A stretch of 64,000 bases of DNA from Clostridia bacterium. Its GTDB lineage: Bacteria > Bacillota > Clostridia > Christensenellales > UBA1242. Where the stretch lies: positions 166,125 through 230,124 of the forward strand of contig JAFXZE010000006.1 in the NCBI GenBank assembly GCA_017541375.1. Direction: 5' to 3'. The notes under the pieces are model-generated. The model worked only from the letters and a program-made list of their open reading frames with translations. It had not been told where the DNA came from and searched no databases. This document shows, in pieces, positions 28,605-36,518 of the stretch. The translations under genes were made by a program, and so were the position numbers. The stretch's first letter is position 1; every line of letters begins with the position of its first letter.

Positions 28605-29198
28605 TTATTTGGCATCTTTGTCTTTTTCTTTTGATTTGGCGCCATCTTTATCTTTGAGTAAATCTCTTATTTCTTTTAAGAGTCCTTCGGTACTGTTGCG
28701 ATATGCTTCTTCTTTGTCAGCGGCTTCTTTGTCTTTCTTAGCTTGTTCAGCCTCGGCTCTTAACTCAATGAGTGCTTTGTTTACTTCTTCACGGTTTGAC
28801 ATATCTACGCCACGCTCACGCAATGTTTGTTTTTCTGCTTTGGTTGGGGCTTTTTTAAGAGCACTAGTCAGCATTCCTTTACTCTTCATCATGAGTTTTA
28901 GTACAACGAATATTGCAAACGCAATAATCAAGAAGTCAATGATTGATTGAATAAAGTTTCCATAAGTCCATAGCAGGGCTTCGTGCTCAACACCGTCTAC
29001 AACTTCAGCATCCCTTAGTACTACTGACAGTTCACTTAGGCTATGTGCACCTAAAATGCATGTAATCAAGGGCATAATAATATCGTTAACTAGGCTGGTG
29101 ACAATTTTACCGAAAGCACCACCGATAACAACTGCAACGGCCAAGTCAAGGATATTACCCTTGCTGATAAACTCCTTAAATTCTTTAAAAAATTTCAT
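28605..29198 (-). CDS. mscL: large-conductance mechanosensitive channel MscL with an extended cytoplasmic tail
   Basis: [39 protein letters not shown] and C-terminal [10 protein letters not shown]. At 197 aa it is longer than typical MscL. Confidence 0.9.
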   Translation of the reverse strand: MKFFKEFKEFISKGNILDLAVAVVIGGAFGKIVTSLVNDIIMPLITCILGAHSLSELSVVLRDAEVVDGVEHEALLWTYGNFIQSIIDFLIIAFAIFVVLKLMMKSKGMLTSALKKAPTKAEKQTLRERGVDMSNREEVNKALIELRAEAEQAKKDKEAADKEEAYRNSTEGLLKEIRDLLKDKDGAKSKEKDKDAK

Positions 29199-29305
29199 AT
29201 TTCACCTCTATTGAAAATATACTTTTATAATATCACAAAATTTGATATAGTACAACTTTTTTGCACATTTTTTTGTTATTTTTTGGGGATTTTTTTGTAT
29301 AAGTC

Positions 29306-29333
29306 ACAATGTCTATTATTTTTTCATAAACTA
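29306..29333 (+). promoter_or_regulatory. candidate mother-cell (sigma-E/sigma-K type) promoter
   Basis: AC (29306-29307), 17 nt, CATAAACTA (29325-29333), about 25 nt upstream of ATG 29358. Confidence 0.3.
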
Positions 29334-29357
29334 GCAATGTACGGGAAAGGAGGGATA

Positions 29358-30011
29358 ATGTCATTTTTTTCAGGAATTCGATCGGAGCAAATGCCGGGGC
29401 CAATAAATGGTAATCCTGTAAGAGGTTTGTGTGAAAAAGTGTGTATTCAGGTAAAAAAAGTGTTTGATGCCTGCCTAAAACAACAACATATTAGCGGATT
29501 GCCGATAACATTGACCGATTTTACACCGCCCAATCCAGCGTATCCACTTACATTCGTGTCTGGTCAATCGAGTATGACTAATAGGGCAACATTGACTGAT
29601 TTGGTAGTAAATCGGTTTGAAGACAGACCTAATTTTGCTCACATTTCGGCGACCGCTAACATTCCAGTCGATATAGTATATACTGACGCAGTAAATCAGC
29701 AGGGAGTTGCTAGTGGGGTAATTACTTTGCCTGTTGATGTGGTATTGTTTTTGCCGCAAGCATCGATTATTCCCTATATGGTCGAGTTGGTTGCTAGTGC
29801 CGTGATTGCATCAGCAACAATTCAAAATGGAATAGCGGTTGTAGAGGGCTGCGTTATGATGATAATAAAAATTGTAGCTGAAACTGAATTGTTGGTACCG
29901 AGCTATGGATATTGTCAAATACCGCAGTGTCAGGAGTATTCTACAAATGTGTGTCAAGGATTTTTTGAAATGCCACTATTTCCATCAAATAACACAATAA
30001 ATCAAAATTAA
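29358..30011 (+). CDS. hypothetical Cys-containing protein, candidate spore coat/surface component
   Basis: Start moved to ATG 29358 after SD AAGGAGGG, because the track ORF runs through the promoter. No known domain recognised. Confidence 0.5.
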   Translation: MSFFSGIRSEQMPGPINGNPVRGLCEKVCIQVKKVFDACLKQQHISGLPITLTDFTPPNPAYPLTFVSGQSSMTNRATLTDLVVNRFEDRPNFAHISATANIPVDIVYTDAVNQQGVASGVITLPVDVVLFLPQASIIPYMVELVASAVIASATIQNGIAVVEGCVMMIIKIVAETELLVPSYGYCQIPQCQEYSTNVCQGFFEMPLFPSNNTINQN

Positions 30012-30059
30012 TAAACGAAAGAAGTACATAAAAAGACCTCATATATTTGAGGTCTTTTA

Positions 30060-30596
30060 CTAAAAGTTTAAGTCATCAGACTTAGTAGTTTTTTTGATAA
30101 AATCAATCAATTCTACTCCAGGCTCTGGCCTAAACGTAGTGATACGAAGTTCTTTTTCAGAAGAATGAGAATCTTCTGTGATGGCTAAGCCTTTACGGTG
30201 AGTGTTGTTATCACAAGTGTTTATATCTACAAGTATTGTTTTGGGACTCACAATGAAGAACTTTGTATAAGAATATGAAGGGAGATTCTTTAGTGGAATG
30301 TTAGATTGCCTTGCTGCTTCTCCAATAATATCACTAGTGGTATTTGTGTCGATATGACTAATTATTAACGTTGGGGCCTCACCATATTTGTTATAAATCT
30401 TTTCATAATCGTGCAGAATGTTTTCTGTCATTTCTTTAAAGAGGGTAATAAACAAATTATAGTCTTCTTCTTTTATATTAATCAAGTCAAGATAGGGGGA
30501 TTTTGCTCTAAATTTCATCCCTTTTACCCAATAATTTGCAGCAATTTCTGCTGCTAAGTCAGTTTTTTTTTGGTTTTTAAAACGTAAGTTTTCCAT
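30060..30596 (-). CDS. hypothetical protein
   Basis: Start moved to ATG 30596 after SD AGGAGG. Own TTGATT-17-TAAAAT promoter. No recognisable domain. Confidence 0.5.
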   Translation of the reverse strand: MENLRFKNQKKTDLAAEIAANYWVKGMKFRAKSPYLDLINIKEEDYNLFITLFKEMTENILHDYEKIYNKYGEAPTLIISHIDTNTTSDIIGEAARQSNIPLKNLPSYSYTKFFIVSPKTILVDINTCDNNTHRKGLAITEDSHSSEKELRITTFRPEPGVELIDFIKKTTKSDDLNF

Positions 30597-30783
30597 ATTA
30601 ATATGCCTCCTAAGCGTTAGTATTTTAGCATAACACAATGATATAATCAACTGATTTTAAGGGGAATTTTATAAATAAAATGTAAGAACTGTTCGAATTC
30701 CGAAAATATAAATTTTTTCTAAAAAATGAAATAAAACACTTGCTAAATCAACAAAAATATGATATATTGATTACTAACGGTGT

Positions 30784-30858
30784 GGCACCATGGCCAAGTG
30801 GTAAGGCAAAGGTCTGCAAAACCTTTATTCATCAGTTCGAATCTGATTGGTGCCTCCA
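30784..30858 (+). tRNA. tRNA-Cys (GCA)
   Basis: Acceptor GGCACCA/TGGTGCC, anticodon loop CTGCAAA, T arm ATCAG-TTCGAAT-CTGAT, encoded CCA. TTGCTA-17-TATATT promoter upstream. Confidence 0.85.
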
Positions 30859-30861
30859 CAT

Positions 30862-30948
30862 GCCGAAGTGGCGGAATTGGCAGACGCAAGGGACTTAAAA
30901 TCCCTCGAGAGCAATCTCGTATCGGTTCGAGTCCGATCTTCGGCACCA
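30862..30948 (+). tRNA. tRNA-Leu (TAA)
   Basis: Acceptor GCCGAAG/CTTCGGC, anticodon loop CTTAAAA, long variable arm, encoded CCA. A hairpin terminator follows at about 30974-31004. Confidence 0.85.
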
Positions 30949-31097
30949 CAAAACCAAATGTTTTAATCGATTAGCCTTCGGCATTTTTGCTGAAGGTTTT
31001 TATTTTATAATTAATATTATTAAAAAGCCAATTTTAGGTATTGATTTTTTTATATTTTTGTGATATAATAGGGCCATCTAAGGGAAGGGATGGAAAA

Positions 31098-31883
31098 ATG
31101 GAGAAGATAAAATATAAGAAGAAAATTGAAGAAATAGAAAAGAGATCATTTCATGACGATTTAGCGGCAGAAACTAAAAGGGTTTTTGATGAAAATCATA
31201 ATGTTGTTTACGCTATTGTGGGGATTACACCACACCAGCAAGCAATATATAAGAACAGAATGGCGAAAACTAATAGAATGAGGTTTAAATCAAGTAATAA
31301 TGACGGAGAAATGGGATATGTATCTACAATAGTTCAAGATACAGAGGTTTTGTATGTCATTGCACCTAATGCATATGTTTCTACATTAATGTTTTGTCGT
31401 GCGCCAGCATCATTTGACTTTTATAGAAATAGCTCTAGTTTCTTTAAAACTGCACTTGATTATGTGCAATGTGTGGATTCAAATGGTATTTTGAGAAGAG
31501 TAGGTGAATACGCATTGGTTGAGGTTTGTAATTTAGAAAATATTGATGAAGATAATAAAAAGTATTTAACAAAAGATTTGCCAGAAAGACTAAATTTAAT
31601 AGCTCGAGTTTCAGATAACACATTGACATACTTTTGTGTGCCTCCATTACAGGGGATTAAAAAGTCAGACAGTAAGAATAATTTTGTATTGTCATATTGT
31701 AGAGAAAAAACAGAAAGATTAGCAATTGCTTTAAGTAATTGTCAATCCGCAAATAAATTAAATCCAAGAGGTAAACTAGAAGGTGCTTTACCATGTGTGA
31801 AAACTTATGGGAAGTTTAGTAATGAACAATTATTAGAGGCTGCGCTTGCTATGCAAGCCAAAAAGACTGCACGATTACGTTAA
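31098..31883 (+). CDS. hypothetical protein
   Basis: Start moved to ATG 31098, because the track ORF starts inside the TTGATT-17-TATAAT promoter. No recognisable domain. Confidence 0.5.
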   Translation: MEKIKYKKKIEEIEKRSFHDDLAAETKRVFDENHNVVYAIVGITPHQQAIYKNRMAKTNRMRFKSSNNDGEMGYVSTIVQDTEVLYVIAPNAYVSTLMFCRAPASFDFYRNSSSFFKTALDYVQCVDSNGILRRVGEYALVEVCNLENIDEDNKKYLTKDLPERLNLIARVSDNTLTYFCVPPLQGIKKSDSKNNFVLSYCREKTERLAIALSNCQSANKLNPRGKLEGALPCVKTYGKFSNEQLLEAALAMQAKKTARLR

Positions 31884-31953
31884 AATGTTTTTTGTAAAAA
31901 TTTTTGTAAAATGCTTGATTAATTATATGTAGTGTGTTATAATACACACACGT

Positions 31954-32029
31954 GGACAATTAGCTCAGTTGGTAGAGCAACTGACTCTTAATCAGTGGGT
32001 CCAGGGTTCGAGTCCCTGATTGTCCACCA
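31954..32029 (+). tRNA. tRNA-Lys (CTT)
   Basis: Acceptor GGACAAT/ATTGTCC, D arm GCTC-AGTTGGTA-GAGC, anticodon loop CTCTTAA, T arm CAGGG-TTCGAGT-CCCTG, encoded CCA. Confidence 0.85.
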
Positions 32030-32114
32030 GTAAGAGAGGAGTGTGTTAATATACTCCTTTTTGTGTTTAATTACGAGGCTAGGGAAATAGCATGTCTTAA
32101 AACAGGAGGGGGTA

Positions 32115-32636
32115 ATGAAAAAAGTAGAGTTGTATGTACCAAGTATAGAAGAGTTTGGGTTTAGGCAAGAATTATTATCAGATCCTAATACTATGGAGTA
32201 CAATAAAGGTGAAAAAGTAAGTTATATGGGTTATCATTATGATACAGGTTGTATTGATTTCCCAAAAGAAAGGTGGAAGGATTTTGAAGAAAAAATGAAA
32301 AATCCTAACTTTTTTTATGCATATATAAAAGATTTGGATACACAAGAATTTGTAGGCGAAATTAGTTTTAAATTAGATTCAAGTATTGGAAAGGCAAACC
32401 TAGGTATTATTATTAAAGCAGATAAAAGAGGGCAAGGTTATATGAAACCTAGTATAAAACTTTTGATAAAAGAAGCAAGGATGCGTAAGATTAAATTTTT
32501 AGCTGACAGTGTTTCAGCATCTAGGGAAGCAGCTTTGCATAATTTTTATAAATTAGGGTTTAAGAAGATAAATGAATATAAAATAACTAAAAATGGTATA
32601 TTAGATACAATAGCGGCAATTGAGATGAAATTATAA
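32115..32636 (+). CDS. GNAT-family N-acetyltransferase
   Basis: Acetyl-CoA pocket pattern RGQGYMKPSIKLLIKEA and C-terminal LHNFYKLGFKK. Confidence 0.7.
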   Translation: MKKVELYVPSIEEFGFRQELLSDPNTMEYNKGEKVSYMGYHYDTGCIDFPKERWKDFEEKMKNPNFFYAYIKDLDTQEFVGEISFKLDSSIGKANLGIIIKADKRGQGYMKPSIKLLIKEARMRKIKFLADSVSASREAALHNFYKLGFKKINEYKITKNGILDTIAAIEMKL

Positions 32637-32839
32637 AGTAAAAAACCGATTTATTAAAAATTTTTTTCAAAAATTTCGCTAAAAACTTACATTTTCTTTT
32701 TTATTTGTATATAGTAAATTTTATAGTGAAAATTTTGAAATAAAGCCAATAAATGCTTGACTTTTGCAAAAAGGTTGGGGTACACTCCTCCTATGAGGCC
32801 TGATAACATACAAGCCAAATTATTCTCTAAGGAGTGTAT

Positions 32840-33856
32840 ATGGATAAAAATGGAATTCAACAAATAAAAGATGATCCAGCTGTAAGAAAGGAAGTATTAA
32901 AGTTAATTTTAGGCCATACACTTGTAAATGTTGGTGCAGGAGATCAAAATCCAGTAGCTAGTGGCTCATTTCCTAAAGTAACTACACCTATTTATTTTAA
33001 TAAAAAATGTAAATCAGAAATGGATTTTATAATAAGCACACTGAATGATAGTAAAAATAGTGGGAGAGTTATGGAATGTGGATTTATCTTTTTAGGTAGT
33101 CATAATAGCGATGCAAATAACATACATATGGATAAGGTTTTTGTAGATAACTTGGATTATTCAATTAAAAAAAATAGTAATGATGTTAATAATAAGCATT
33201 TTTTAACTAATTTAAAATTTATAAGTGAGTTACCTAAAGTTTTATATTATTTTAATGAGCTGACTGTGGAACAAATCAGCAGCAGTTTAGAAAAAGAAAG
33301 GCAAACTAATTACGCAATAATTTGTGATGTTATAAAGTCTACAATAGGGAAAGAAGAATTTGATCATTTACATGCTGAGGTAAAAAAAGGAATGATAAGT
33401 CAGTGTATTGATATAGCCAATTATGTCTCTGAGTGCAAATCTAGGAAGCAACAACCAGTTTGTTTGATTGGGCACACACATCCTGATTTGACTCCAATAT
33501 TAGGGGGAAATAATCCCTTGCGCACTGATGCAACTCCTTCTTTAGCGGATGTACAAGGTGCATACGATTTAGCTCTAGAATATTACCCTAGAGATGATAG
33601 ACCAAGGAATTGGCCTCCAGTGTATTTTGGAGATATAATCATCAATCAAAATAATAAAGGGCAACCTGTATATAATGTATTTAGCATAATAGATCCACGA
33701 ACAATGGATGGTATTTGCGGTTATTCCAATGTTTATGCTCCTAATGGAGCAATGGCGCTGACTATGTATGACAGATTAGCTGAAACTACTATCGATGGCA
33801 TAAAGAATAGTATGCGGATAGAAGAAAAAACACAAAATAGAGAGTATAAAAAATAG
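32840..33856 (+). CDS. hypothetical protein with a JAMM/MPN+-like metal motif
   Basis: ATG 32840 lies 5 nt after AAGGAG. Contains GHTHP..(19 aa)..SLAD, resembling HxH..SxxD, with a candidate upstream Glu in VMECGFIFLG. Spacings are longer than canonical. Confidence 0.35.
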   Translation: MDKNGIQQIKDDPAVRKEVLKLILGHTLVNVGAGDQNPVASGSFPKVTTPIYFNKKCKSEMDFIISTLNDSKNSGRVMECGFIFLGSHNSDANNIHMDKVFVDNLDYSIKKNSNDVNNKHFLTNLKFISELPKVLYYFNELTVEQISSSLEKERQTNYAIICDVIKSTIGKEEFDHLHAEVKKGMISQCIDIANYVSECKSRKQQPVCLIGHTHPDLTPILGGNNPLRTDATPSLADVQGAYDLALEYYPRDDRPRNWPPVYFGDIIINQNNKGQPVYNVFSIIDPRTMDGICGYSNVYAPNGAMALTMYDRLAETTIDGIKNSMRIEEKTQNREYKK

Positions 33857-33881
33857 AAAACCACGCAAAACGTGGTTTTTT
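33857..33881. terminator. bidirectional terminator between convergent genes
   Basis: AAAACCACG-CAAAA-CGTGGTTTT with flanking A and T runs. Confidence 0.7.
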
Positions 33882-34227
33882 ACTTTATTTCATTTTTTAT
33901 CCATTGCATTATGATATTTACTATGTAATTGCATTCGGATTCTGTGAGGATGTGGCTTGGCTCGATTTTGTGCCACTTAGATAAACAATCTCTACAGCAG
34001 GTGGCGGTGGCGTGTTGAGCAATGAATACAGGGTGATTTCGCATTGGTGTTTGCTTGCCGTCAGTAAATGTGCTAGGATCTTTGAGATGTTTGTTTACAA
34101 AATCGACAGCATGAGACTGGATGATATCGAGACCTTTTTTCTCAATGTACTCAAACTCTTTTTGCTGGAGATGGAAACGTTTGCGAAATTTTGATTTAGC
34201 TAGTTTGTCAAAAATGTTGTTGTCCAT
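33880..34227 (-). CDS. DUF4186-family protein
   Basis: Signature GKQTPMRNHPVFIAQHATATCCRDCLSKWHKI, recalled from the DUF4186 family. Confidence 0.65.
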   Translation of the reverse strand: MDNNIFDKLAKSKFRKRFHLQQKEFEYIEKKGLDIIQSHAVDFVNKHLKDPSTFTDGKQTPMRNHPVFIAQHATATCCRDCLSKWHKIEPSHILTESECNYIVNIIMQWIKNEIK

Positions 34228-34236
34228 ATATTTACC

Positions 34237-34533
34237 TTAATTAATCTTTTCGTGATATATAACTTCTTTGTTATGAGCTAGGGCATATGATATCTCATCT
34301 TTTGTAGATGATCCAATGTATCCACCGATATTTACCACATAAATAGCATCAGATATATCTATTCTTTTTAGATGTGCGTCTTTTAGTTTTGACTTTTCAG
34401 ATGCATCTACAGGTAAGCTTGTGTCATACACACATTGGAGTACACACCAGCCATTATTACATGTTAATTCGCGGGCAATGCGTTGCATATCGGCAGCGTA
34501 TCTCATACTGCCACAAATAGTTACTACTTTCAT
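34237..34533 (-). CDS. small Rossmann-like protein, nucleoside 2-deoxyribosyltransferase-like
   Basis: MKVVTICGSMRYA.. at the N-terminus and ..VNIGGYIGSSTKDEISYALAHNKEV at the C-terminus fit the NDT/DNPH1-like pattern. ATG abuts the mscS stop (TAAATG). Confidence 0.35.
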   Translation of the reverse strand: MKVVTICGSMRYAADMQRIARELTCNNGWCVLQCVYDTSLPVDASEKSKLKDAHLKRIDISDAIYVVNIGGYIGSSTKDEISYALAHNKEVIYHEKIN

Positions 34534-35484
34534 TTATTCACCTAATACTTTATTTTTGTGTTCTTCGACATTGATTGACGGGGTGGCAAAAGATGGAATA
34601 TTGTTGTTATCCAACACTAGTTTTAGTTCTCTATACAAGTCGCGTTGCACTTGGTAAATATCTTCCTCAAAACATTTTGCATGGAATAGAAGCTCAATGC
34701 TACCTTCAGTGATTTTTGTGACACCTTTATAGATAATGTCGTCCGTAATTGTTGGGATTTTTGCTTTCATTTCAGGGAGGGCAGATTTTATGATGTTTTC
34801 CACATTCTCAAGTTTTTCATTTGAGGCAAAAGTGATGTTACACACGGCTACAGATTTGTGCTTGGTTTGATTGATTACACTTTTTATTTCACTATTGTTG
34901 ATAATTTTGATGTCGCCACCGTTGTCCTCAAGCTGGGTAGTACGGATGCCTATATTTACGATTTTTCCACGCCAGCCATCGATAACCACGATATCACCAA
35001 CCACATATTCACCTTCAAATACAATAAATATGCCTGCCAAGATGTCAGCAATAAGACTTTGAGCGCCGAGACCAATAATCAGAGCGAGTATTCCAGCTCC
35101 AGCAAGAAGAGCTGTGGTGTTGACACCCCAAACTGACAATATCCAAAGAATTGCGCCGATGATGATTATCCATTTTATCAAACTTGTTAGAATGTTTGAT
35201 ATAGTTTTGCCTTTGTCAGTAAGCCCAAAAGTTAATTTCGCGAGTAGGCGAATTAACATATTTAGCACTATTGCTAACACAATTATTTGGATGCTAATTA
35301 TAAAAGTGGGGACAAGGTGCAGAAATTGATTTATCAAATCTACATTTGTTAAGTCTGCACTAAAAAAATTGTTTATTTCATTTCGAAAAATGTAGGCTAC
35401 GATTGTTAAACCTACGAAAACTAGTAAAAATACATATTGAATTACATTTTTTACTGTGTTGTGTTGAGTTTTTCTTCCTTCCAT
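34534..35484 (-). CDS. MscS-family mechanosensitive channel
   Basis: TM helices followed by the beta-domain motif GDIVVIDGWRGKIVNIGIRTTQLEDNGGDIKIINNSEI. Confidence 0.85.
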   Translation of the reverse strand: MEGRKTQHNTVKNVIQYVFLLVFVGLTIVAYIFRNEINNFFSADLTNVDLINQFLHLVPTFIISIQIIVLAIVLNMLIRLLAKLTFGLTDKGKTISNILTSLIKWIIIIGAILWILSVWGVNTTALLAGAGILALIIGLGAQSLIADILAGIFIVFEGEYVVGDIVVIDGWRGKIVNIGIRTTQLEDNGGDIKIINNSEIKSVINQTKHKSVAVCNITFASNEKLENVENIIKSALPEMKAKIPTITDDIIYKGVTKITEGSIELLFHAKCFEEDIYQVQRDLYRELKLVLDNNNIPSFATPSINVEEHKNKVLGE

Positions 35485-35495
35485 GTTTTTCTCCT

Positions 35496-36284
35496 TTAAA
35501 TTAATATTAGATTGGGGTGCGTATAAATTAAGTAAACTGTTTCGCCATCCACAATTTTTGTTTCACTAAAGTCTAGCTTTTCGGGATGCTCGGTAGAGCA
35601 GTAGATTTCTATTTTGAATGATTTTGTCTCGTTGTATGGGATTACTTGTTGCATGTACCAAGATTCAGTTACATATTCTTTGGGTATTGTGGAAAATGTT
35701 GATTCGTCTGTTTCTGTGTCTGTTGTGAAAATGTACAATAACTTATAATCAGTGAATAATTCATTTACTTTGGGCTGAAATTTTAGATATTTCTCTGTTT
35801 TATTCTTGACATGTTGTTCATTAAGACCGAGAATGTAAGTAAATTCTTGTGTTGATATGCTTTGCTTGGTCACAATTTGATCTTGTTTTAAAAGAACTAT
35901 TGTATATTGTGAGTTAGGTTTTAGATGATGTAATCCTTCTTGTGTTAAGTAATTATCAAAGACAAAGTCCTCTTTTTCTTTTGTTATATTATTTAAATTA
36001 GTTTTTAGTGCGGGTGATAAGTTTTTAAAAAAAGAATTTTTAAAATCAGCTTGTTGAATGAGTGTAATCTGATAGTCTTCTGTATCCCAATTATTAGGGA
36101 CATTAGTTACAGTCAGAGTAAAAGATATTTTTTCATGTGTGGATTGTAAATTTTCTAATGCAAATGAAATAGGATATATCCCTTCCGGTTGCTTTTCAGG
36201 AGAAGGTGGGGGGAAGGGAAGAGCCCACACATTTATTATAGTTATTGAAGATACCGCGACTAACAATATGACTAGTTTTGTCAA
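35496..36284 (-). CDS. hypothetical membrane-anchored/secreted protein, true start probably upstream
   Basis: The track start is a TTG with no SD. The frame stays open for 46 more codons, up to an ATC at 36422 that sits 7 nt after AAGGAGG. Confidence 0.55.
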   Translation of the reverse strand: MTKLVILLVAVSSITIINVWALPFPPPSPEKQPEGIYPISFALENLQSTHEKISFTLTVTNVPNNWDTEDYQITLIQQADFKNSFFKNLSPALKTNLNNITKEKEDFVFDNYLTQEGLHHLKPNSQYTIVLLKQDQIVTKQSISTQEFTYILGLNEQHVKNKTEKYLKFQPKVNELFTDYKLLYIFTTDTETDESTFSTIPKEYVTESWYMQQVIPYNETKSFKIEIYCSTEHPEKLDFSETKIVDGETVYLIYTHPNLILI

Positions 36285-36518
36285 GAATAGTAATCTATTA
36301 TCATTGGATGTCTTTGTAAATGCAAAGCTATTTTTTTCATCTTTAGAGTGACTGTCATCGTTAAAGAAATTCTTTGCGTTTGTTTCACTAGAGGGTTTTG
36401 GATTTGTTTCAGGATATTTGATTTTGCCACCTCCTTAAAGTTTTTATAATTATATCATAAAGTTTTTTACTTTGTATAAAATTTTAATAAAAAAAGCACA
36501 AGGTGTGCTAATTTTTTA

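Noticed and set aside
28600-28950. 116-aa plus-strand ORF (Ser/Leu-rich) overlapping mscL
   Set aside because: It is a low-complexity antisense frame of a clearly real gene, with no SD. The same reasoning applies to other long antisense ORFs in the track, for example 21187-21588, 43386-43742, 45161-45487, 48565-48822, 49594-50004, 61866-62222 and 63517-63882.
29211-29357. 5-prime extensions of track ORFs (29211, 31041, 53305, 16223, 61405, 46680, 42272, 39972, 59499)
   Set aside because: These extensions run through recognisable promoters or -35 boxes and lack an SD. Internal ATG/GTG codons with well-spaced SD sequences give N-termini that match the protein families.
30743-30974. ORFs 30743-30949 (minus) and 30780-30974 (plus)
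   Set aside because: They lie entirely across the tRNA-Cys and tRNA-Leu genes. The same applies to 31988-32203 over tRNA-Lys and 59898-60092 over tRNA-Thr.
32030-36500. Genomic island integrated at tRNA-Lys with an att direct repeat
   Set aside because: I saw no integrase or recombinase, and by eye I could not find a repeat of the tRNA-Lys 3-prime end downstream. A computational repeat search is needed before any mobility claim.
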